Assembly: GCA_964016885.1 (NCBI GenBank)
Contig: OZ024742.1
Coordinates: 156,550,001-156,614,000, forward strand
Direction of reading: 5' to 3'
Source of the DNA: Eledone cirrhosa
Lineage: Eukaryota
Length of the DNA: 64,000 bases
Below are positions 49,478-64,000 of this stretch, piece by piece. How positions within the stretch are numbered: the first letter of the stretch is position 1; the number at the start of each line of letters is the position of its first letter. The translations under genes were made by a program, and so were the position numbers. The notes below the pieces were generated by a model. It was not told the DNA's origin, made no database searches, and saw only the letters and a list, made by a program, of their open reading frames with translations.

Positions 49478-51933
49478 GAGGGAGTCCTCGATATACTGTA
49501 TATATGCGTTCCTGAAACCCTTACCGTATATCGAATTACCGTATAAAGAACTCATTATAACATGAAATATATAGGGATGCGTTCCAGCACATCGAAATAT
49601 TCATCCCTATTGAAAAGAACTAATTTTCTTTTTTTTATTTTCTGTACACATGCCGCGTAGTCCATCAGATGATGGGCCTCTTCATATCTCCTTTCCGAGG
49701 CTAAGCGATACTATGGGTTTCAGCCTTTACCCATCTTGGGCTCAGTTGGCAGGGGAGGATAAGGGTGATGTGGGACGCTCAAAACCAACAAACTCGTTGA
49801 CTGCACTGGATTTTGAAGGGCCAGCTGTAGAACGGTTAGCCGGAGTGACTGGCTTGAAGAAGGAGTAGATGGAGGACTGTTTGGCGGTGTTACTTTTGAC
49901 TTCATACATTTATTTGTAAATCTTGACGCTTTTCTCGACGTCTTGAGCTACTTTGCTGTTCCAACAGGGTTGAGGTCACGCTCTTTCGGGGTTTCTCTTA
50001 GAGTGTTTATGTCCAAACCACGCACAGGTTCTTCTTCCTACTCTTCTTTTTTTCTGGCTCCTGTATCGCCTTGTCTAGTTCTATGAGTTCATCATTGGAT
50101 AGTGGTTCAGTGTGGCTTTCCAAAAGGTATTGCACATCATTAACACCATCGAAGCCAGCTCTATGGCATAGATTTACAATATTTTTCTTATCGCACTAAT
50201 GTCCTCAGCAAAACCTTGGAAGTCATTTACACATGCTGGCCATAATTTCTTCCAGGCCATGTTCATGGTAGACTGCTTCACTTCTTCCCAATATGCCTTG
50301 ATATTGTCTAAGCCGTGTTTGATGTTGTACAATTTCCACCATACCCTGATCGTGGGCTTGTCAGGCCCATCTGTGCCCCTTATCAGCTGCTGCATGGTTC
50401 TCCGCTGGTAGTATGCCTTAAATGTTTTGATGACTGTTTGATCTATCAGCTGAATGAGAGCTGTGGTGTTTGGGGGCAGGAACAAAACCTCAATAATTTC
50501 TGACCAGTGTTCCATTGCCGTGGGTGGTTGGGGGCGTTGTCCACTAATAGCAGATAATGTTGGCAATGTTGTTAGCTAATGCATATTCCTTAAAATGTTG
50601 GTGACAGATATGAGGTGAAAAAATCCTGGTGAATTGAAGTGATCAGCCATGCCATCTTATTAGACTTCCATATCACTGGTAGGTATTGCTTAAGTAACCC
50701 CTTGAGTGCTCTTGGGTTTTCAGAATGATAGATAATGAGTGGCTTTAGCTTTAAATCTCCTTCTGCATTCCCTCCAAGTAACAGAGTAACACGGTCCTTT
50801 GAGTCTTTGAACCCCTTCGCACTTTTCTCCTCCTTGTCAATATAAGTATTGCTGGTCAACGTTTTCCAATAAAGTCCTGTTTTATCATACTTAATAACCT
50901 GCCTTTTGCTGTACTGCTTCTGTGCAATGCATTTCTCTAACTCTGCTTTGAATCTTTCAGCGCTCCCTTTGTCGGAACTGGCAACCTCACCTGTAACTTT
51001 TATGTTGTGAAGACTCGAACGTCGTTTGAACTTATCAAAACAGCCTTTGCTTGCCTTGAATACAAAGTCCTCCACCCCCATTTCAGTCTTGAGCATGTCA
51101 ATAATGGACAATGCTTTCTCACTGTTTACATTTAAAGGCAGAGGCATATTTTAACGTTTTTGGTCGTCGATCCAAATTTTGAGCAACCTTTCCATCCTAT
51201 CCATAATCGGCTCACGATGTTTGGTCAACAATTTACTCTGTAGACTCGTAGCATTCTCCCCAGCTTTTTTGACAGCTTCACTATTTTTTTAAAACAGTCC
51301 AGACTGTAGACTCGTCTAGGCCTAAGTTACGACTTATGGCGGACGTACCTTGCCTCTGTTCCTTCCTTTTCAAAATGTCCAGCTTGATCTCCAAAGTCAG
51401 GCTCTTCCTTATGCATTTCCATCTGCATCAGCAAGTTCGCAGGACGTTTTGCGGCTATGAGATATGGGGTTATAAGATATGCCGTGATAATTATGCTCCA
51501 AAAACACGCCGTTGGGTTTTCTCTTACTTTTAATGACGTCATAACTCTTAACTTATCACTTCAGTTCGGCAAAAATTCTTTCACTGAGAGGACGCACTAG
51601 TTTACCGAACTGAAGTGATCAGATAAGAGTTATGACGTCATCGACCGATATCTGAACTCGCTCGTGATAGGCCAGTTTCTCGGTAAGCTCAGTTAGTACG
51701 ATAGCAGTAGTAACACAATTTTCCTAGAATTCGAATAGCAGTCAGTTTCACTAATTCAATGGGGAATGTATTGGTTACTACAGGTGGCGCTACGGTAAAA
51801 TATAAACAAAACATGACCAAAAACCGTAACTGTGAATTTTGTTTACCGTAAATAAAATTGATGGTAGTAATTACCCCAAACCGTATCTGTGAATTTACCG
51901 GATAAAGAACTATCGTATACCGAGGACCCACTG
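49478..51933 (-). mobile_element. Tigger/pogo DNA transposon, full length, transposase decayed
   Basis: TIRs cagtgggtcctcggtatac (right end, minus strand, TA flank) and gagggagtcctcgatatac (left, eroded). Peptides RKSLTLEIKLDIL (psq HTH), FKASKGCFDKFKRR (CENP-B HTH), KDRVTLLLGGNAEGDLKLKPLIIY and FLPPNTTALIQLIDQTVIKTFKAYY (DDE_1). Confidence 0.92.
49900..51430 (-). pseudogene. Tigger-type transposase pseudogene
   Basis: ORF fragments 50590-51147 and 50174-50566 plus upstream frameshifted HTH segments. Confidence 0.85.
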
Positions 51934-51949
51934 TATATATATATATATA

Positions 51950-52625
51950 TTTATTAAAATAACAGATTAAAGTTTCAGCAAAGAATCGCTGCTTTCACCC
52001 TTAACGGGATCTTATGAAACTAAACAAGTCAAGATGTGAATGCGGAAGTAAATATTGCAAAAAACGTTGCAACCGAAGGAAGACAGGAAGACGATACTGT
52101 GGTTTGTGGAAACGTTCCCTGCCAAAGAACGGAAAAAACGAGGAAAATACCTCATTATTTGGAGCAGTGAAAACAATTACACGCAAAGACAAAACCACGT
52201 TTATGGTATAAATGAAGTCGTAGACTAATATTCTCTTGCGTGGTTCATGGAGACATTCTCTGGCAATGAACGAAAAAAAAACGAATATAATACGTCATTA
52301 TGTGGAGCGGTGTCTTTGCGTGTAATTGTTTTCACCGCTTTATTTCGTTTTTGTTTTCGTTGATAGCGTTTTCTAGCATACACAACGGCTGGCAAACCAT
52401 TCAACGAATTCATATGTCCGCTGGGCACAAAAGCAATAGAACGTCTATTTTTTTCTGCCAGCGATATATCAAACATATCGATTTTTCATCTGAGGATGCC
52501 GTCCCCATAATCAAGAGCAAATGCATGAAGGATATCTCGATTGCATGGAGAACCTTGGAAATAATTATAGTGTTTAAACGATATATGTAACCTCAGCATC
52601 CTATTTTGTTATTTTTATAAAATGC
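51950..52625. repeat. Element with an internal direct repeat (~52095-52170 / 52235-52312), a short inversion (52313-52340) and a very decayed HHR-like end
   Basis: gcagtgaaaacaattacacgcaaagaca is mirrored by tgtctttgcgtgtaattgttttcaccgc. agg...cctt-gGAAA-taatta-TA-gtg at ~52530-52573. Confidence 0.4.
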
Positions 52626-52896
52626 TCCAACGATTATTAAGAGTTTTCTCCTGCTTACTCCTGTTTTTACCAAAACAATCTTTATCATATTATTTGTGGT
52701 ATAAAAACGTTTCGGGTTGGTGAAATAAATCACTGCCACTATTGGAATTGAATAATCAAAACCGAAGCGCTATGTCGCATACCAAATCTTATATTTTATC
52801 TGATGAAAACGTACTTAAACACCATTGTACATTTGAAATATGTATAATAAAATATAATTTTGATTATGAGAATATGTTTCATCTATTCATATTTTG

Positions 52897-52951
<55 letters not shown>

Positions 52952-53025
52952 TTAATTTGTTTTTATTCAATCATCCATAAATACTGAAATTATTTTTTGT
53001 TCGAACTCTATCTGTTTATCTCTAA

Positions 53026-54090
<1,065 letters not shown>

Positions 54091-54093
54091 AAA

Positions 54094-54177
<84 letters not shown>

Positions 54178-54271
54178 CATGTATATATATATATATACAT
54201 GCATATATATATATATATATACATGTATATATAATTATATATACATGTATATATAATATATATATATATAC

Positions 54272-54307
<36 letters not shown>

Positions 54308-54799
54308 GTGTATATATATATATATATATAAATTGGAATAAATGTTCTGAAATAGCGATATATATGTGAATATAGACATAGAATATTCGAAAATATTCTG
54401 TATGTTTATAATAAACATTTTGAAGACCTAATCGCTATAGAATAGAATACGTCACGTATTACAATTAGATTCTCGATAAAAGCAAGGGAAGTAATCTACG
54501 CGTTTCATTCTTATTAGAAATCTTCAGGACTACAATCCAGTGCTTTTATCGAGAATGACACAGCTAGAGACTTATAGAATACTTAGCTGTGTACAGGAAC
54601 TGGTTTGAAAGAGCGGTTGCCGGTCCGGCAGAAATTAGAAATTGGAATAAATGCTCTGAAATAGCGATATATATGTGAATATAGACATAGAATATTCGAA
54701 AATATTCTGTATGTTTATAATAAACATTTTGAAGACCTAATCGCTATAGAATAGAATACGTCACGTATTACAATTAGATTCTCGATAAAAGCAAGGGAA

Positions 54800-54842
54800 G
54801 TAATCTACGCGTTTCATTCTTATTAGAAATCTTCAGGACTAC
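54800..54842 (-). ncRNA. Type I HHR, family B (representative of 11 tandem copies)
   Basis: gtagtc-CTGAAGA-t-ttc-taataa-gaa-t-GAAA-cgcg-TA-gattac; palindromic stem III ACGCGT. Outer 16-bp helix attctcgataaaagca/tgcttttatcgagaat. Confidence 0.9.
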
Positions 54843-57800
54843 ATATCCAGTGCTTTTATCGAGAATGACACAGCTAGAGACTTATAGAATACTTAGCTGT
54901 GTACAGGAACTGGTTTGAAAGAGCGGTTGCCGGTCCGGCAGAAATTAGAAATTGGAATAAATGCTCTGAAATAGCGATATATATGTGAATATAGACATAG
55001 AATATTCGAAAATATTCTGTATGTTTATAATAAACATTTTGAAGACCTAATCGCTATAGAATAGAATACGTCACGTATTACAATTAGATTCTCGATAAAA
55101 GCAAGGGAAGTAATCTACGCGTTTCATTCTTATTAGAAATCTTCAGGACTACATATCCAGTGCTTTTATCGAGAATGACACAGCTAGAGACTTATAGAAT
55201 ACTTAGCTGTGTACAGGAACTGGTTTGAAAGAGCGGTTGCCGGTCCGGCAGAAATTAGAAATTGGAATAAATGCTCTGAAATAGCGATATATATGTGAAT
55301 ATAGACATAGAATATTCGAAAATATTCTGTATGTTTATAATAAACATTTTGAAGACCTAATCGCTATAGAATAGAATACGTCACGTATTACAATTAGATT
55401 CTCGATAAAAGCAAGGGAAGTAATCTACGCGTTTCATTCTTATTAGAAATCTTCAGGACTACATATCCAGTGCTTTTATCGAGAATGACACAGCTAGAGA
55501 CTTATAGAATACTTAGCTGTGTACAGGAACTGGTTTGAAAGAGCGGTTGCCGGTCCGGCAGAAATTAGAAATTGGAATAAATGCTCTGAAATAGCGATAT
55601 ATATGTGAATATAGACATAGAATATTCGAAAATATTCTGTATGTTTATAATAAACATTTTGAAGACCTAATCGCTATAGAATAGAATACGTCACGTATTA
55701 CAATTAGATTCTCGATAAAAGCAAGGGAAGTAATCTACGCGTTTCATTCTTATTAGAAATCTTCAGGACTACATATCCAGTGCTTTTATCGAGAATGACA
55801 CAGCTAGAGACTTATAGAATACTTAGCTGTGTACAGGAACTGGTTTGAAAGAGCGGTTGCCGGTCCGGCAGAAATTAGAAATTGGAATAAATGCTCTGAA
55901 ATAGCGATATATATGTGAATATAGACATAGAATATTCGAAAATATTCTGTATGTTTATAATAAACATTTTGAAGACCTAATCGCTATAGAATAGAATACG
56001 TCACGTATTACAATTAGATTCTCGATAAAAGCAAGGGAAGTAATCTACGCGTTTCATTCTTATTAGAAATCTTCAGGACTACATATCCAGTGCTTTTATC
56101 GAGAATGACACAGCTAGAGACTTATAGAATACTTAGCTGTGTACAGGAACTGGTTTGAAAGAGCGGTTGCCGGTCCGGCAGAAATTAGAAATTGGAATAA
56201 ATGCTCTGAAATAGCGATATATATGTGAATATAGACATAGAATATTCGAAAATATTCTGTATGTTTATAATAAACATTTTGAAGACCTAATCGCTATAGA
56301 ATAGAATACGTCACGTATTACAATTAGATTCTCGATAAAAGCAAGGGAAGTAATCTACGCGTTTCATTCTTATTAGAAATCTTCAGGACTACATATCCAG
56401 TGCTTTTATCGAGAATGACACAGCTAGAGACTTATAGAATACTTAGCTGTGTACAGGAACTGGTTTGAAAGAGCGGTTGCCGGTCCGGCAGAAATTAGAA
56501 ATTGGAATAAATGCTCTGAAATAGCGATATATATGTGAATATAGACATAGAATATTCGAAAATATTCTGTATGTTTATAATAAACATTTTGAAGACCTAA
56601 TCGCTATAGAATAGAATACGTCACGTATTACAATTAGATTCTCGATAAAAGCAAGGGAAGTAATCTACGCGTTTCATTCTTATTAGAAATCTTCAGGACT
56701 ACATATCCAGTGCTTTTATCGAGAATGACACAGCTAGAGACTTATAGAATACTTAGCTGTGTACAGGAACTGGTTTGAAAGAGCGGTTGCCGGTCCGGCA
56801 GAAATTAGAAATTGGAATAAATGCTCTGAAATAGCGATATATATGTGAATATAGACATAGAATATTCGAAAATATTCTGTATGTTTATAATAAACATTTT
56901 GAAGACCTAATCGCTATAGAATAGAATACGTCACGTATTACAATTAGATTCTCGATAAAAGCAAGGGAAGTAATCTACGCGTTTCATTCTTATTAGAAAT
57001 CTTCAGGACTACATATCCAGTGCTTTTATCGAGAATGACACAGCTAGAGACTTATAGAATACTTAGCTGTGTACAGGAACTGGTTTGAAAGAGCGGTTGC
57101 CGGTCCGGCAGAAATTAGAAATTGGAATAAATGCTCTGAAATAGCGATATATATGTGAATATAGACATAGAATATTCGAAACTATTCTGTATGTTTATAA
57201 TAAACATTTTGAAGACCTAATCGCTATAGAATAGAATACGTCACGTATTACAATTAGATTCTCGATAAAAGCAAGGGAAGTAATCTACGCGTTTCATTCT
57301 TATTAGAAATCTTCAGGACTACATATCCAGTGCTTTTATCGAGAATGACACAGCTAGAGACTTATAGAATACTTAGCTGTGTACAGGAACTGGTTTGAAA
57401 GAGCGGTTGCCGGTCCGGCAGAAATTAGAAATTGGAATAAATGCTCTGAAATAGCGATATATATGTGAATATAGACATAGAATATTCGAAAATATTCTGT
57501 ATGTTTATAATAAACATTTTGAAGACCTAATCGCTATAGAATAGAATACGTCACGTATTACAATTAGATTCTCGATAAAAGCAAGGGAAGTAATCTACGC
57601 GTTTCATTCTTATTAGAAATCTTCAGGACTACATATCCAGTGCTTTTATCGAGAATGACACAGCTAGAGACTTATAGAATACTTAGCTGTGTACAGGAAC
57701 TGGTTTGAAAGAGCGGTTGCCGGTCCGGCAGAAATTAGAAATTGGAATAAATGCTCTGAAATAGCGATATATATGTGAATATAGACATAGACTAGCATTT

Positions 57801-57916
57801 ATTCCAATTTCTAATTTCTGTCGGACCGGCAACCGCTCTTTCAAACCAGTTCCTGTACACAGCTAAGTATTCTATAAGTCTCTAGCTGTGTCATTCTCGA
57901 TAAAAGCACTGGATAT

Positions 57917-57959
57917 GTAGTCCTGAAGATTTCTAATAAGAATGAAACGCGTAGATTAC
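57917..57959 (+). ncRNA. Type I HHR, family B, inverted terminal copy
   Basis: Same motif on the plus strand; predicted cut after 57953. The extended helix spans 57893-57981. Confidence 0.9.
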
Positions 57960-58081
57960 TTCCCTTGCTTTTATCGAGAATCTAATTGTAATACGTGACG
58001 TATTCTATTCTATAGCGATTAGGTCTTCAAAATGTTTATTATAAACATACAGAATATTTTCGAATATTCTATGTCTATATT

Positions 58082-58885
<804 letters not shown>

Positions 58886-58935
58886 AGTATGTATGTATAC
58901 GCACATACATACATGTATACAGACGTACAGTAGCA

Positions 58936-58999
<64 letters not shown>

Positions 59000-59169
59000 T
59001 ATACACATATGCATACAGGTGCACATACATATATGCACGCATCAGTTTAGCCGACGTTTATTATAACGCCTGCTTTGTTCGTTTGTTTGTCAACAAATCG
59101 AACAGCCTGAATTTATGCCATACGGTGTTAAGGTAACCACGTCACCTTTTTGTTCAACACTGACACAGG

Positions 59170-59214
59170 AACGATGTACTAGTTTCAAGCTTGTTAGCTA
59201 TCATCAGCACCGTT
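59170..59214 (-). ncRNA. Type I HHR, family C (representative of 4 tandem copies)
   Basis: aacggtg-CTGATGA-t-agc-taacaa-gct-t-GAAA-ctag-TA-catcgtt; palindromic stem III ACTAGT, GUA triplet. Confidence 0.88.
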
Positions 59215-59448
59215 TACCCATCTGCCAGATAGTTGAACGTTCGAAAGTATATACTTTCCTTATGAAAATTAACGGCTGAGCAGCCTAATTTGCATATTGA
59301 GTGAGTTAAATCGGTCAGGCATACCGAAAACGATAAGTTGAAAATAATGAAAACGAAATTTAATTTCTCACTCTTAGTATGGTACTTACTTAAATGTAAG
59401 TATGTATGTATACGTACATACATATATGTATACAGACGTACAGTGGCA

Positions 59449-59488
<40 letters not shown>

Positions 59489-59937
59489 TATACACATATG
59501 CATACAGGTACACATACATATATGCACGCATCAGTTTAGCCGACGTTTATTATAACGCCTGCTTTGTTCGTTTGTTTGTCAACAAATCGAACAGCCTGAA
59601 TTTATGCCATACGTTGTTAAGGCAACCACGTCACCTTTTTGTTCAACACTGACACAGGAACGATGTACTAGTTTCAAGCTTGTTAGCTATCATCAGCACC
59701 GTTTACCCATCTGCCAGATAGTTGAACGTTCGAAAGTATATACTTTCCTTATGAAAATTAACGGCTGAGCAGCCTAATTTGCATATTGAGTGAGTTAAAT
59801 CGGTCAGGCATACCGAAAACGATAAGTTGATAAAAATGAAAACGAAATTTCATTTCTCACTCTTAGTATGGCACTTACTTAAATGTAAGTATGTATGTAT
59901 ACGCACATACATACATGTATACAGACGTACAGTAGCA

Positions 59938-60031
<94 letters not shown>

Positions 60032-60940
60032 TATACACATATGCATACAGGTACACATACATATATGCACGCATCAGTTTAGCCGACGTTTATTATAACG
60101 CCTGCTTTGTTCGTTTGTTTGTCAACAAATCGAACAGCCTGAATTTATGCCATACGGTGTTAAGGCAACCACGTCACCTTTTTGTTCAACACTGACACAG
60201 GAACGATGTACTAGTTTCAAGCGTGTTAGCTATCATCAGTACCGTTTACCCATCTGCCAGATAGTTGAACGTTCGAAAGTATATACTTTCCTTATGAAGA
60301 TTAACGGCTGAGCAGCCTAATTTGCATATTAAGTGAGTTAAATCGGTCAGGCATACCGAAAACGATAAGTTGAAACAAATGAAAACGAAATTTCATTTCT
60401 CACTCTTAGTATGGCACTTACTTAAATGTAAGTATGTATGTATACGCACCTACATACATGTATACAGACGTACAGTAGCGTGCATATATATACACATATG
60501 CATACAAGTACACATACATATATGCACGCATCAGTTTAGCCGACGTTTCTTATAACGCCTGCTTTGTTCGTTTGTTTGTCAACAAATCGAACAGCCTGAA
60601 TTTATGCCATACGGTGTTAAGGCAACCACGTCACCTTTTTGTTCAACACTGACACAGGAACGATGTACTAGTTTCAAGCTTGTTAGCTATCATCAGCACC
60701 GTTTACTCATCTGCCAGATAGTTGAACGTTCGAAAGTATATACTTTCCTTATGAAAATTAATGGCTGAGCAGCCTAATTTGCATATTGAGTGAGTTAAAT
60801 AGGTCAGGCATACCGAAAACGATAAGTTGAAAAAAATGAAAATGAAATTTCATTTCTCACTCTTAGTATGGCACTTACTTAAATGTAAGTATGTATGTAT
60901 ACGCACATACATACATGTATACAGACGTACAGTAGCATGC

Positions 60941-60979
<39 letters not shown>

Positions 60980-61099
60980 TACACACATATGCATACAGGT
61001 ACACATACATATATGCACGCATCAGTTTAGCCGACGTTTATTATAACGCCTGCTTTGTTGGTTTGTTTGTCAACAAATCGAACAGCCTGAATTTGGGTA

Positions 61100-61144
61100 A
61101 ACGGTGCTGATGATAGCTAACAAGCTTGAAACTAGTACATCGTT
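61100..61144 (+). ncRNA. Type I HHR, family C, inverted terminal copy
   Basis: Same motif on the plus strand; predicted cut after 61137. Confidence 0.88.
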
Positions 61145-61213
61145 CCTGTGTCAGTGTTGAACAAAAAGGTGTTGAACAAAAATATATATATATATAAAAA
61201 CAGTGTTGAACAA

Positions 61214-61253
<40 letters not shown>

Positions 61254-61320
61254 ATATATATACATGTATATATATATACATGAATATATATATATCTACC
61301 TACCAACGATGCTTCACACC

Positions 61321-63366
61321 TCGTTACCGACTTAACCGGTACCAACGACGAACTCGAACTTCTGCGCCTCGGACCCAAGTTCATCATTACACAGCGTCTC
61401 GATGATAATCTGAAACTCGACATCGAAACCAACTTCTGTCGGACAGCATATCAACTGAAATGGTTAACCGCCATCCAAAACAACACCGAGATCGATTAAA
61501 ACCCCACAACCCACCCCACTCTCCCCACTCCACCCCCAACCCACCAACCACGAACTTGACACTAAACTACGCAGGTTGAAACATTCTATCTCTAACATCC
61601 TTTCCCAACACACAGACACACACAATAAACGCAACCTCACCAATGCACAATTTAATACTCTCACCAACCTAAGATCCAGGAACCTTGTGTACTTTCCCTC
61701 TGACAAGGGGAACGAATTCTGTGTCATCTCGAGAGAGACCTACAACAACTTAGCTCTCCAACATCTTAATGACCACAGCCTCTACTCGAAAGTCACAGCG
61801 ACCTCCTCGACTCTAATCGAGGAAGGCATTAACACCATATGGACTAACATCTGTGTCCAACGAAAACTGCCAAAGAAGGTAAAAAACAACATAATGACTC
61901 GAAACAGCAAATTACCCACCTTCTACCACCTGGTTAAAACACATAAACAAGGACCCGATTTGAAAATCAGGCCCATTGTCTCTAGCGTGGAGGGCCCACT
62001 CTACAAAATATCGTGGCTGCTCTCCACACTACTGAAACCTATTCTACACACACTACCAGCCCACGTCTGCAGTTCAAAGGAGGTCTTGGAGCGACTACAC
62101 CATCTGGCGCCCAACACCAGAAAGGACAACGGTTATGCTTTCAGTCTTGATGTGGTCGCCCTTTATACCTCCGTACCAGCATCCCCAGCTGTCGACCTGT
62201 TGACCGAACGAGTCCGAGCATCTAACTTACACTGCTTCGGACTCACACACACGGACATCCACAAACTCCTCTCCTTCGTTGTGGATAATGCACTCTTCAA
62301 TTTCCTCGGCCACGCGTACAAACAAATCTCTGGGCTACCTATGGGCTCTAGTCTGTCCGGCATACTTGCGATCTCGTACATGGACCACCTGGAACGCAAG
62401 GCACTCAATACCTGCCAACCCAACGCCGTCGCCTTCTACTCCAGATACGTTGATGACATCCTGATACTTACTTCTTCCCGGGAGATGGCAAATGAAATTC
62501 ACCAAATCTTCAACGATACTGACCATCACGTCGATTTCACCATCGAACACCCAGGATAAGACGGGTCACTCGCCCTCCTCGACTTCCGTATCAACATCTC
62601 GGAAGAAGGAGACATAAACACCACCTTCTACCGCAAAGCAGCGTGCAAGGACTTATTTGTGCATTATAACTCAGCCCTCCCCAACAACGCTAAGAGAGGC
62701 TATGTCCTAAATGAACTGACACGGATCACTAACAGATGCAGCGACCCGATGGGTGGTCTCACCCATACCATGCAATTCCGTAATCTAGTCAGATCTAATG
62801 GTTATCCCAAGCGACTGATTAACGGAATTAGAGACCCCAGACCCAATAGACAGACACCCACTAGAAAATTAATTAATAGCAGGTGCTTCTTTAAAATCCC
62901 CCACCTGAGTGAATATACCACGAACGCCATCCGCAGGGCCATACGGACGGAGGGACTTGACATAAATTTGGCCCACACAGGACCATCGCTGCGAAGACGC
63001 CTCTCCAACAAACCCGACGAGTCAGATGGGACGTGTTCCCTCAGCAACTGCCCGATACGGGGGGAAGATTGCCTACGCACCTATGTCGTATATAAGATTC
63101 AATGCGATAAATGTAACAAGTTTTACATAGGTAGCACCATCCGACCCCTACATGTTCGTATCAAGGAACATATCAACACCAACGCATCTTCCTTCCGTAA
63201 ACACATCCTTAAATGCGGAAACCCACAGGGTAGACCCTTGGTCACAGTCCTAGCGACTGAACGCAGCATCGGATCCTTAAGGATAAAGGAAGCACTTGTT
63301 ATTAAGAACCTCAGACCCCCACTTAACAACCGGGCTGAGAGAAATGAGCTGACATGGCTAACTTAA
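61321..63366 (+). pseudogene. Penelope RT-GIY-YIG polyprotein, lightly disrupted
   Basis: ORFs 61576-62559 and 62659-63366 are in one frame, separated by a single TAA (HPG*DGSLALLDF). A stop plus frameshift near 61497-61540 separates the N-terminal part. Confidence 0.9.
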
Positions 63367-63419
63367 CCATAGTGACCATTCACAGCCTACGGCCTGCTAT
63401 CTTCGCACACACGCACGTA

Positions 63420-63775
63420 TATGCATACCCATACGCATACACACACACATCTATATTTATACACGCACACATGTTTTTACAACCTACCACCTTTCACACC
63501 CTTTGATTTCCAGCTTCTACAGCCCACTATCTTTCACACACAAACACAATCACACATATACACACACAGTTACACACACATGTATACCCATACGCTTACA
63601 CACACACATCTATATTTATACACGCACACATGTTTTACAACCTACCACCTTTCACACCCTTTGATTTCCAGCTTCTACAGCCCACTATCTTTCACACACA
63701 CACACACTCACACATATACACACTTACAGTTATACACACACAGTTACACACACATATATATCTACACACACATAT
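63420..63775. repeat. ~160-bp tandem duplication in the Penelope 3' region
   Basis: atg.atacccatacgc...cttctacagcccactatctttcacacaca at ~63421 and ~63580. Confidence 0.8.
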
Positions 63776-64000
63776 CTTACGGCTTTCACACGCTAGCGCA
63801 CCCTCTTGATTTAACCCGTTTGGTCAGTAGCTTTTGCCACAGCCTATCACGCGCACGCGCATTCTTTCCCTCGTTTAAATTTTAAATAATTTTCTCCCCA
63901 TAACGGCATTCCTGTCTTAACGACATCACAACTTTCTCCGCTTGGCCTGTCCCCCCCCCCCCTTTTGGAACTTTCCCCCGTTGATGGGTGAGCCCGAAAT

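Larger units (their letters stand above)
61297..64000 (+). mobile_element. Penelope-like retroelement, nearly complete, 5' end in (TA)n, runs off the window
   Basis: N-terminal VTDLTG..ELELLRLGPKF. RT motifs PSDKG, KTHK..LKIRPIVS, FSLDVVALYT, GLPMGSSLS, RYVDD. GIY-YIG with Zn finger: VVYKIQCDKCNKFYIGSTIRPLHVRIKEH...LRIKEALVI...PPLN. Confidence 0.95.

Noticed and set aside
54330-57791. CRISPR array or centromeric satellite interpretation of the 310-bp tandem
   Set aside because: No unique spacers, eukaryotic context and no cas genes. The small array with an HHR per unit and an inverted end fits a retrozyme-like element better.
62557-62559. In-frame stop in the Penelope ORF as programmed selenocysteine or readthrough
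   Set aside because: The codon is TAA, not TGA, at a non-cysteine position, and another lesion exists near 61500. A simple nonsense mutation is more likely.

Overview
Eukaryotic, AT-rich, microsatellite-dense DNA. The SINE types and the (TA)n/(CA)n load resemble an octopus/coleoid cephalopod genome (inference, not verified). I found no supportable host gene, and almost all ORFs in the track are microsatellite translations. Decayed transposon content: a near-complete Penelope-like element (RT + GIY-YIG, 61.3-64 kb), three further Penelope endonuclease 3' fragments, an R4/Dong-like RLE LINE, RTE LINE remnants, a Tigger/pogo transposon, a mariner 3' end and tRNA-derived SINEs. The main signal is non-coding. 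About 30 type I hammerhead ribozyme (HHR) motifs, intact or decayed, from roughly ten sequence families sit in elements mostly flanked by (TA)n. Three of these are retrozyme-like tandem arrays (310-bp x11, 466-bp x2.3, ~460-540-bp x4.5) with one HHR per unit, each ending in an inverted partial copy. Several others are Penelope 3' ends with inverted terminal copies. Many HHRs have palindromic stem III (dimer-type), several carry the U3-A8 compensatory core, and two related arrays show stem covariation. All structure calls were made by eye and none is experimentally or computationally confirmed.
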